Shown: positions 1-7,066 of the stretch, piece after piece
How the letters are laid out: each line of letters begins with the position of its first letter
Numbering within the stretch: position 1 is the stretch's first letter
Made by a program: the position numbers and the translations under genes
NCBI GenBank assembly: GCA_029974275.1
Contig: JARKSN010000087.1
Location: forward strand, 1 to 28,327
DNA from: Candidatus Hydrogenedentota bacterium
GTDB taxonomy: Bacteria; Hydrogenedentota; Hydrogenedentia; Hydrogenedentales; SLHB01
DNA: 28,327 bases
Reading direction: 5' to 3'
The notes under the pieces: model-generated
Seen by the model: only the letters and a program-made list of their open reading frames with translations
Told to the model about the DNA's origin: nothing
Databases searched by the model: none

Positions 1-334
1 AGGACAGGTTCGTCAGCGCATGGAACGCGGAGACGTTGCGTTGGAAGAAGGCCTCGTGCGAATCGTGATGGCGCGCAACGCTGGGTTTCAGTTCGGAAAG
101 GTCGGCTCCCGCCGAGAAGTGCTTGCCCGCGCCCTGCACAATCAAGCCTTCCACCTGCAGACGCGGCAAGACCCGCTCGGTCAGCTCCGCAAAATCGGTG
201 AAGAAGCGCCGGTCCATCATGTTTTCCGGCGGCGCATCGAGGGTGAGATACGCGATTCCCTCGGATTCATCGACGCGAATCGAGTGGCCTCCCTCTGCGC
301 CTTTGGATCTTTGCGTTTCTGCGCTAGAGATCAC
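1..334 (-). CDS. Enoyl-CoA hydratase/isomerase (crotonase) family protein, 5' part only (runs off the window)
   Basis: Not in the ORF track; translated by hand from GTG at 334 after a GAGGAG RBS: MISSAETQ...IAYLTLDAPPENMMD...LIVQGAGKHFSAGADLSEL..., containing the crotonase FSAGADL oxyanion-hole motif. Open to position 2. Confidence 0.85.
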   Translation of the reverse strand, partial: MISSAETQRSKGAEGGHSIRVDESEGIAYLTLDAPPENMMDRRFFTDFAELTERVLPRLQVEGLIVQGAGKHFSAGADLSELKPSVARHHDSHEAFFQRNVSAFHALTNLS

Positions 335-335
335 G

Positions 336-701
336 TCACTCCTCTTGATACACCGCCAAACCATATGCGTGTTGTTTCGTGTGCGCGATGGAAATATGAA
401 GACCGAGTGCCGGCGCACCGCTTTCGTCGTGCCGGCACGGGGGGCATGATATGATAGTGGGCGCTCCGTTGGCCGTATGCGTCAGCACAAAATCGCGCTC
501 GCTCCATTTGCCCAACCCCAACCGCGCGTATAATGTACATAACGCCCGTTTCACTGCCACGAATCCCGCGACGGTCTGCACGTGCCGGTTGGCGGTCGCT
601 TCAATCTCCGCTTCCGTGAGATACTGTGCCTCGAAAAGGTCTCGCTGCGCCGCCACGTCGGCCATTGCGATTCGTTCGACCTGTGAATAGATGCGTCCCA
701 C
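336..701 (-). CDS. AcpS-like (4'-phosphopantetheinyl transferase fold) protein with degenerate motifs
   Basis: YLTEAEI ~ FTxxE; AGFVAVKRAL ~ AGRFAAKEA; NGAPTI ~ G.P; HISIAHT ~ SISH. Lacks the N-terminal GxD and the Glu of KEA. Confidence 0.65.
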   Translation of the reverse strand: MGRIYSQVERIAMADVAAQRDLFEAQYLTEAEIEATANRHVQTVAGFVAVKRALCTLYARLGLGKWSERDFVLTHTANGAPTIISCPPCRHDESGAPALGLHISIAHTKQHAYGLAVYQEE

Positions 702-719
702 GCGGTCGCGTTCCTGACG

Positions 720-1385
720 TTATCGGGTGGCGGCTTCGTCGACGTCCATGGCCTGTTCGACCACTTTGAGGAACAGCTCCGCCTCCTTGCGCAGGGCGTC
801 TTCCCGCGGCAGTTTGCGGGCGTTCCGGATGGACTCCATCACGGCCCGGACTACGCGCGGGGGACGGTTGCCCACCAGCGATTCCAGATAGCGGACCGCC
901 GCCGCGTCGGGATCATCCTCAACCACCTGGTCCACCAACCCCACGGCCAGTGCTTCATCCGCGTCGATGACATGCTCGGAAAGGACAACTTCGGCGAGTG
1001 CCCTGCGCAGTACGTTTTGTTGCGCCAAGACGGCCAAACATGCAGGCGGCAACGACAGGCCTAGTCCCGGCGAACTGAAGGCAACATCACACAAGGCAAT
1101 GCGAAAATGGCATGCCAGCGTCAAACCCGCCGAGGCATGTTGACATGCCCCGCGAATGGACGCCGCGACGGGAACGGTAGCATTGGAGACGAGGTCCCAC
1201 AGCGCTTGGTAGGTCGCCGGGGGATGGAACTCGATATCCGCCGACGGCTCAAAACGAAGCGCCACGCCCTTCAGATCGGCATGCGACAAAACGTGCCGCA
1301 ACAATGACGGCGCGCCCGACCCTCTCAGCAGGTCTGACGCCGCCAAGGTGCAAATGCCATTCGCACTGTCAAAATCGAAACGCAT
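720..1385 (-). CDS. Crotonase-fold protein with degenerate catalytic motifs
   Basis: PVAASIRGAC...LTLACHFRIA and IDADEALAVGLVDQVV match the enoyl-CoA hydratase family; FxAGAD, GGG-E and PE motifs are absent. Confidence 0.75.
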   Translation of the reverse strand: MRFDFDSANGICTLAASDLLRGSGAPSLLRHVLSHADLKGVALRFEPSADIEFHPPATYQALWDLVSNATVPVAASIRGACQHASAGLTLACHFRIALCDVAFSSPGLGLSLPPACLAVLAQQNVLRRALAEVVLSEHVIDADEALAVGLVDQVVEDDPDAAAVRYLESLVGNRPPRVVRAVMESIRNARKLPREDALRKEAELFLKVVEQAMDVDEAATR

Positions 1386-1391
1386 GCATCC

Positions 1392-2498
1392 TCACGTCAT
1401 ATTCCCAAAACGGCGCGCCGGTTGAAAGTAAGGCAGCCGAGTCTCCCGATACAAGCGATCCAACGTCTCGCGTATCCGCTCGCGCCCTTCCGCCTCGACG
1501 ACCTGCGAAAGCCTCTGTTCAGACGCCAGCAGCGCGCCGAGAGACAGGGATAACCCTCTTTCCGTAATCGCGTTACGATCCAAAGCATCATAGCAGGTGT
1601 TCACGAGCAGGTACAAGAAACGCTTCGCGAGCGCAGGAGAATCGTCGTCCGGCGGTGGTGTGATGATCTCTGTAAACAGCGCGCCACAGAGCAAGCCATT
1701 TCCCGTTTTTATGCCGCGTTTTCCCAAGGGCAGGGCACGTTCCAGGCCTTCTAGGAGCGGCGCATAGGGCCAAATTTCGTCATGAGGCATCCGGTCGAGA
1801 TACCGGACCGCCGACGCGTGGATGAGGCCAAGACCAATCGCGTCCATGAGCGAGAGCTGGCCCACCGACGATAGCGGCGAAACCGTAGCTGCGTCGATCA
1901 GCACAGGGTGTATTCCCGACAGCAACAGCCGGAAACACTCCGCGTGAACGGGCAAAAGCAGTCGGTTGACGATGAACGCAGAGTCGTTGTCTTCCTCGAT
2001 GCATTCCAGGCCATTCTCTGCCGCGAAGTCGAGAATGCGCGACCGCCGAGACGCCGGGGCATTGGACGGAACGATAATCTCGGCAAATCGGGTCAGCTCC
2101 AGCGGGTAATAGCAGTGAAAGCCGAGGCAGTCCGGGTGAATCTCCTGCGGCAGGATGGAGGAGGAGTTCGATACGAGGAGCGTGTTGTCCGATACGACGC
2201 CGCGGATCGCATGGAGAAAGGCCTGTTTCGTTGCAATGTCCTCGACGGTGCACTCGATGAGCATGTCGACCGGCTCAGCACGCATATCGGACGCCACGCG
2301 GAACCGCGTCTCCGCCGGGACGAAATCCGGGTCAACCCGCGTGGCCCGGCGCACAGCCTTGCGGAACCAATCTCCGAGCGCAACGAGTCGTTCGTGCGAT
2401 TGCGACGCCCACGTGACGCGGTGGCCTCTGCGCACGAAATAGAAACCGATGTCGCGCGCCATCTTTCCCGAACCGGCAATCAGAATATGCCTGTTCAT
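1392..2498 (-). CDS. 3-hydroxyacyl-CoA dehydrogenase family protein
   Basis: Start moved to ATG 2498 (ATGA overlap with the upstream stop). Rossmann ILIAGSGKMA, IECTVEDIATKQ, SNSSSI, GFH (catalytic His), FAEII and AFIVNRLL. Confidence 0.85.
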   Translation of the reverse strand: MNRHILIAGSGKMARDIGFYFVRRGHRVTWASQSHERLVALGDWFRKAVRRATRVDPDFVPAETRFRVASDMRAEPVDMLIECTVEDIATKQAFLHAIRGVVSDNTLLVSNSSSILPQEIHPDCLGFHCYYPLELTRFAEIIVPSNAPASRRSRILDFAAENGLECIEEDNDSAFIVNRLLLPVHAECFRLLLSGIHPVLIDAATVSPLSSVGQLSLMDAIGLGLIHASAVRYLDRMPHDEIWPYAPLLEGLERALPLGKRGIKTGNGLLCGALFTEIITPPPDDDSPALAKRFLYLLVNTCYDALDRNAITERGLSLSLGALLASEQRLSQVVEAEGRERIRETLDRLYRETRLPYFQPARRFGNMT

Positions 2499-3436
2499 AT
2501 GGCAGCCCGCTGATGCGCGTTCTTGATGTTGATGAAGCGCGGCGCGTCGGGAAGCATGCGTCCATTCTGCGTGAGCGAAATGCCGATGCCGCATTCATAG
2601 GCAGACACAACGTCCTGCGCTATCAACGTCTCCATGACCCGCTGCCAGTTCACGGGCGTGACGATGTTCCGCGCCGTGAAGGGGATCAATTCCTCGGGTT
2701 CGCGCAACGAACGCTGGTCGATGGAGGAGATAATGGGACACCGCGCCGCGCGCCAGGCAAATTGACGTAGCGTGTCTTCGAAGGGCGCGCGAACCTCCTG
2801 CAAAAAAACGGGATGGTGATAGGGCACGGTCACGTCAAGCACGGCAGCCTTGAACGCGCCCCGGGCATCGGCGTCGTCGACAAGGGCCTGAAGCTCGGAG
2901 GTTTTCCCGGAGAGAACGTGCGCGGTCGCGTTGTTCGAGTTGACCAAACAGACGGACGCGTAGTCGCCGTGGCGGAGCATGTCGTCGATTTGTTCCGCGT
3001 CGAAACCGATGACCACGGCCATGCCGCAGGCTTTGTCCACGCATGCAGCTTCCGCGAGGGTGTAGGCCTCCCGAATAATCGCGAGTCCATCGTGAAACGA
3101 TACGGCATCTGCCGCCGCAAAAGCAGAGTAAATGCCGAGACTATACCCGGCCATGAAGTAGGGCCATCCCTTGCTCGACACGAAGACCGCCGCCACGCCG
3201 CACCCGTAGCTGTAGGTCAGCGCCTGCGATTGAAGTTCGGTCAAAGAAGGGTGCGTTTCGTCGGAGATTGCGGCGATCAGGTCGGTCCCGGCAAACGCGG
3301 AACCTTCTTCGAGAAACGGGCGCATCACGCCTTCGTGGCGTTGGAAGAAGTCGCGTTCGCGGCCACACATCTTGACCGCCGCGCCGGGAAAGAGGAATGC
3401 CGATTGCACGTCACCGCCCCTCGCCGACATACTCAA
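2495..3436 (-). CDS. FabD-like ACP S-acyltransferase, atypical
   Basis: AFLFPG, nucleophile motif GYSLG (GxSxG), VPYHHP (catalytic His), PVNWQRVM and YECGIG match the malonyl-CoA:ACP transacylase fold. Confidence 0.85.
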   Translation of the reverse strand: MSMSARGGDVQSAFLFPGAAVKMCGRERDFFQRHEGVMRPFLEEGSAFAGTDLIAAISDETHPSLTELQSQALTYSYGCGVAAVFVSSKGWPYFMAGYSLGIYSAFAAADAVSFHDGLAIIREAYTLAEAACVDKACGMAVVIGFDAEQIDDMLRHGDYASVCLVNSNNATAHVLSGKTSELQALVDDADARGAFKAAVLDVTVPYHHPVFLQEVRAPFEDTLRQFAWRAARCPIISSIDQRSLREPEELIPFTARNIVTPVNWQRVMETLIAQDVVSAYECGIGISLTQNGRMLPDAPRFINIKNAHQRAAI

Positions 3437-4535
3437 TGGAATACCCGGCCTGCATGAACTTGCTGACTTCGGTGACGAAACTCAAAATGCGATCGCCCGA
3501 TTGGAACGCCTCCTCGCGCAGGATTTTGTCGAGGCACACAAAGGCCATCGGCGGGCCGCAATAGCCCAACTGATCGAGGCGCGTGTATAGGGCGTGACGG
3601 GGAATGCCCAACGCTTCACACTCCTCCATGATCGCCTCGACGATGTGCTTGGTGGGCATGTTGAGTTGGAAGTAGCGCACGCGATCGAGCGGGAGATGCG
3701 CCTGTTCGAGCATGCGCGCAAGACCGCTCGTGAACACGGACCGGTCGCCGTCCTGAAAGACATCTGTGGCCAACGCGTTTCGGAAGAGTTGGCGAAGGTG
3801 GTGCGATGCCGTGTCGTATTCGTCGCGCGGGTTCATCCAGTATGCGGGACGTTTGTTGAACATCAGCGACGGGCGTTTGCCGCCAACAGATTCAACGTGC
3901 GTCGCCTCGACGCGAAAGCCTTTGTTGCAGGACGCGTCGCGCGTCAAAACCAACGCGCCCGCGCCGTCGCACAGAAACCACCGTAGGAAAAGCGATTCCT
4001 TGTCCACAAGGGCTTGGTTGTAGTACGCGGCCCGGAGCTCGCTGGACGAGATATTCGACGAGACCACGAGGGCAGTGTGATTATTTCCGTGCTGAAGGAG
4101 TTCGTGTGCGAGATAGAGCGCCTTGTACGCCGAGGTGCAATTGGCGTGGATGGAAAACTCCGTGCAGCGTTCGATGCCCAACCGCTCTTGAATGTGCACG
4201 GACGCCGTCGGCATCTGGTCTTGGTGCGCGGAACCGTAGCAGATGAGGTCGACGTCTTCCGGCTGCATGCCTGCCGTCGCCAAGGCGCGCTTCGCCGCCT
4301 CGACCGACATCGACACGTTGTCATGCGTGAACTCGTGCGTGACCGGATCGAGGGCGTAGTGGACATGCGCGATGTCGAGCAATTCCTTCATCAGCGGCGT
4401 GGTCGTTTTCAGCCACTTCTGAATACGCGGCGGCGCCTCGGTCAACTCGCCCAACATGGAGTCGATTTGATCAAATGGAATCGGCTCGCCCGGCAAAAAC
4501 GCGCCCGTGCCCGCAATGTACACTGGAAATGCCAT
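3411..4535 (-). CDS. KAS III (FabH)-fold ketosynthase, DarB/StlD-like
   Basis: VYIAGTGAFLPG, catalytic Cys in HANCTSAY, and FLRWFLCDGAGA resembling the DarB-type FLRWMLSDGAGA segment as I recall it. Confidence 0.8.
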   Translation of the reverse strand: MAFPVYIAGTGAFLPGEPIPFDQIDSMLGELTEAPPRIQKWLKTTTPLMKELLDIAHVHYALDPVTHEFTHDNVSMSVEAAKRALATAGMQPEDVDLICYGSAHQDQMPTASVHIQERLGIERCTEFSIHANCTSAYKALYLAHELLQHGNNHTALVVSSNISSSELRAAYYNQALVDKESLFLRWFLCDGAGALVLTRDASCNKGFRVEATHVESVGGKRPSLMFNKRPAYWMNPRDEYDTASHHLRQLFRNALATDVFQDGDRSVFTSGLARMLEQAHLPLDRVRYFQLNMPTKHIVEAIMEECEALGIPRHALYTRLDQLGYCGPPMAFVCLDKILREEAFQSGDRILSFVTEVSKFMQAGYSIEYVGEGR

Positions 4536-4557
4536 TGATTAGAAATCCCGACCCCAA

Positions 4558-4623
4558 AAACGCAGCGTTGTGTAGGCGCGATTTGCAATCGGACTATCTT
4601 GATCGCCGCGCAACGCAGTGGTT
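4558..4623. repeat. Imperfect inverted repeat, GTAG-REP-like element in the fabF-KAS III spacer
   Basis: GCGTTG...CAACGC outer stem around GTAGGCGCGATT-TGC-AATCGGACTA. Single copy in the window. Confidence 0.3.
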
Positions 4624-4626
4624 CTC

Positions 4627-4650
4627 AAGAAGTCCCATTACAAAAGGGAC
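4627..4650 (-). terminator. Weak hairpin immediately after the fabF stop
   Basis: Minus strand GTCCC-TTTTGTAAT-GGGAC followed by TTCTT. Confidence 0.3.
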
Positions 4651-5871
4651 CTACATTTTTGAAAAAACGCACACCCCATTATGCCCGCCGAACGCAAACG
4701 AATTCGACATCGCGTGCCGCAGCTCTTTTTGCCGTGCGACGTTGGGCACGTAATCCAAATCGAGTTCCGGATCGGGCGTGCGCAGGTTTGCCGTCGGCGG
4801 CAGAATTCCTGCTTCGATAGCTTTGCAGCACACCACTGCCTCGACGCCCGCCGCGCCCGCGAGACAATGCCCCGTCATGCTCTTCGTCGAGGACACCGCG
4901 AGCGAATAGGCGTGAGCGCCGAACACCTGGCGAATAGCCTCGGTCTCGTAGAGATCGTTGAGGTGCGTCGAGGTGCCGTGGGCGTTGATGTAATCGATCG
5001 ACTCGGGCGCCAACCCGGCGTTCTGCAACGCGCACGACATCGCCTTGGCCATGCCAACGCCCTTGGGTTCGGGCGACACAATGTTGTAGGTCTCGGAGGT
5101 CAACGCGGGCAAATGCAACTCCGCATACACGCGCGCACCGCGACGCTGTGCGGCATCGAGCGTCTCGAGCGCCAGCATGCCGCCGCCTTCGCCCATGACG
5201 AACCCGCTCCGCTCTTTGTCGAACGGACGCGATGCCGTCGCCACGTCCGCGACGGGTTCCGAGAGCGCCATCAACGAGCCGAAACCTTCGACGTCGAGAT
5301 AGTTGATCGACGAATCGCCCGCGCCCGCGATCACCACGTCGCATTGGCCCGTCGCGATCAACATCCACGCGTATGCCAAGGCATAGGCCCCGGACGAACA
5401 CGCGGTGCTCACGACCAGCGACGGTCCGCCAAACTTCTCGCCCAAGCTGACCCATGCCGCAGGCGCATTCGGCATGACCCGAAGAATGCGCTGCGGGTCG
5501 GGCGTTGGTTCGCTCCACGTGTAGCACGTGCCGGTCGAACCCATCACCACGCCCACGCGCGATCGGTCAAGCGGGGCGCCGTCGAAATGGGCGTCTTCGA
5601 TGGCCATCTGCGCGGTGACGACGTTCAGCATGGTTCCGCGTGTCATTTGACTGCGGTGGCGTTTTTTGATGCGGCTCTGGAAAAGTTCGTTCGCGCCGTC
5701 GGGTAGTTCCACTCCAAAGGGGCACGCCAGTCCTTCCGGGTCGAAACTCTTGAAGCGGGCGGTAGGCGTTTCGCCTGCCAGCAACCCGCGCCAACTCGTT
5801 TCCAGGTCGAGCCCCAGCCCCGTCATCAGGCCGAGCCCCGTCACCACGATGCGCGGATTCGCCACGATCAT
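4651..5871 (-). CDS. fabF: Beta-ketoacyl-ACP synthase II (KAS II)
   Basis: RIVVTGLG, STACSSG (Cys), SRPFD..RSGFVMGEG, NAHGTST (His), KSMTGH (His) and SNSFAFGG. ATG 5871 overlaps the thioesterase stop; GTG 5880 is an alternative start. Confidence 0.92.
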   Translation of the reverse strand: MIVANPRIVVTGLGLMTGLGLDLETSWRGLLAGETPTARFKSFDPEGLACPFGVELPDGANELFQSRIKKRHRSQMTRGTMLNVVTAQMAIEDAHFDGAPLDRSRVGVVMGSTGTCYTWSEPTPDPQRILRVMPNAPAAWVSLGEKFGGPSLVVSTACSSGAYALAYAWMLIATGQCDVVIAGAGDSSINYLDVEGFGSLMALSEPVADVATASRPFDKERSGFVMGEGGGMLALETLDAAQRRGARVYAELHLPALTSETYNIVSPEPKGVGMAKAMSCALQNAGLAPESIDYINAHGTSTHLNDLYETEAIRQVFGAHAYSLAVSSTKSMTGHCLAGAAGVEAVVCCKAIEAGILPPTANLRTPDPELDLDYVPNVARQKELRHAMSNSFAFGGHNGVCVFSKM

Positions 5872-6278
5872 GGCTTCCACCGTTCAAAGGCCTCTTGAAA
5901 GGCATCAGGCGCTTCCACGGCGCGTTGTTGTTGGCGGTCGAAGAAGACGATCTCCGTCTTCGCGCGCAATAGTGTATCGCCGTCACGTTGGATACGGCAT
6001 TGCAGCGTCAACCGGAAACCATCAAAGGCCACAGGGCGGACGTGGACTTGCAGTGCGTCCATAAACCGCGCGGGTTTGCGAAAATGAAGCCGCATATCAT
6101 AGAGCACCGGCACGGCATCGCTGCCGTTGATGTCGAATCCTAGACGGGTAATGAATCGTACCCGCGCGCGTTCGAGATACGCCACGAGTTTCGTGTGGTG
6201 AACGATGCCGTAGGAATCGACGTCCTCGAACTCCGCTGTGATGTTCAGCGTAAATCCTGCGTTTGCTGCGTCGTTCAT
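5868..6278 (-). CDS. Acyl-CoA/ACP thioesterase, 4HBT/YbgC hot-dog family
   Basis: FEDVDSYGIVHH...YLERAR and FRKPARFMD. Start moved to ATG 6278 (ATGA overlap). Confidence 0.88.
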   Translation of the reverse strand: MNDAANAGFTLNITAEFEDVDSYGIVHHTKLVAYLERARVRFITRLGFDINGSDAVPVLYDMRLHFRKPARFMDALQVHVRPVAFDGFRLTLQCRIQRDGDTLLRAKTEIVFFDRQQQRAVEAPDAFQEAFERWKP

Positions 6279-6688
6279 GCGTTCGCGCTCCCAGTGAACA
6301 CGTGCACCTCCGCGACGCACTCGCGCCATGGCGTCCAGCGCAGCCGCACCGCAGTGTCCGCGATAGTGTATTGCGCGCGAAGCGTGGCGGAGAGGTGCAG
6401 GCGGGGAGCGTCGTCTTCCCACTCCGCGAGCAGTTCGCATTCGGTGAAGGTATACGGCGCAGACAGCGCTTTATACAACGCCTCTTTACAACAGAATGCC
6501 GCGCAGAAACCAGCGGCGGGCCAAGGCAGGGAGCGGTCATGAGCGATTTCGCGATCGGAATACACAAACGGCCAAGGACGCGCGCCGTCGGCGAATTTCT
6601 GGAAGCGATCGAGTTGTTCCGCGTCGATTCCGCATCCGGCGAGCCGCAACGGCGCCTCAGATGTCCACGTTGAGAATGCCGTTGCCAT
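6275..6688 (-). CDS. AcpS-type holo-ACP synthase (4'-phosphopantetheinyl transferase)
   Basis: GCGIDAE, VYSDREI and AAFCCKEALYKAL; directly downstream of the ACP gene. The true start may be TTG 6649. Confidence 0.8.
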   Translation of the reverse strand: MATAFSTWTSEAPLRLAGCGIDAEQLDRFQKFADGARPWPFVYSDREIAHDRSLPWPAAGFCAAFCCKEALYKALSAPYTFTECELLAEWEDDAPRLHLSATLRAQYTIADTAVRLRWTPWRECVAEVHVFTGSANA

Positions 6689-6965
6689 GTTTCACAATAG
6701 CGTTCGTCAGGACGATGATGTCCCCGATCGTGTTGGCGGGTTTCTTCATGAGGCGCCTGCCCAGCGCCTTCAACTCGATGGTGAGGCCGAAGGTCTTGCA
6801 CACGCTCTCCAACAACGCCAACAACATCAACGAGTCTCCCTCGAGTTCCTCGATGATGTTGGTTTGGTCCGTGATGCTGTCCCTGTCCACCTCGCACTCA
6901 TCGGCAAAGAAGTCATAGACCAAGTCCCGGACCTGACGTTCGGTGTCACTCTCGACGGGCGCCAT
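6657..6965 (-). CDS. Acyl carrier protein
   Basis: Acidic 102-aa protein with EELEGDSLMLLALLE (phosphopantetheine Ser in DSL) and TIGDII; purine-rich RBS (GAGGAGAAGGGG) upstream. Confidence 0.88.
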   Translation of the reverse strand: MAPVESDTERQVRDLVYDFFADECEVDRDSITDQTNIIEELEGDSLMLLALLESVCKTFGLTIELKALGRRLMKKPANTIGDIIVLTNAIVKHGNGILNVDI

Positions 6966-7015
6966 CCCCTTCTCCTCTTAGACAATGCCTGAGCGCATAA
7001 TCGCGCGCGAAACGG

Positions 7016-7045
7016 AGTCTACCACATACGTCCCCGTGGCGTCCA
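7016..7045 (-). promoter_or_regulatory. Putative sigma70 promoter of the ACP/lipid cluster
   Basis: TGGACG-N18-TAGACT with an extended -10 TG, about 50 nt upstream of the ACP start. Confidence 0.4.
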
Positions 7046-7066
7046 TGATTGGGCGCACTCCAAAAA

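Noticed and set aside
3411..5871. Standard dialkylresorcinol (darABC) or aryl polyene cluster
   Set aside because: No DarA, chain-length factor, FabG/FabZ or adenylation enzyme is in the window. The cluster is truncated at the left edge, so this is not fully excluded.
1392..6965. Canonical PKS beta-branching (HCS) cassette
   Set aside because: FabF keeps its active Cys (not a decarboxylating KS), the KAS III-fold gene looks DarB-like rather than HMG-CoA synthase-like, and no modular PKS is visible.
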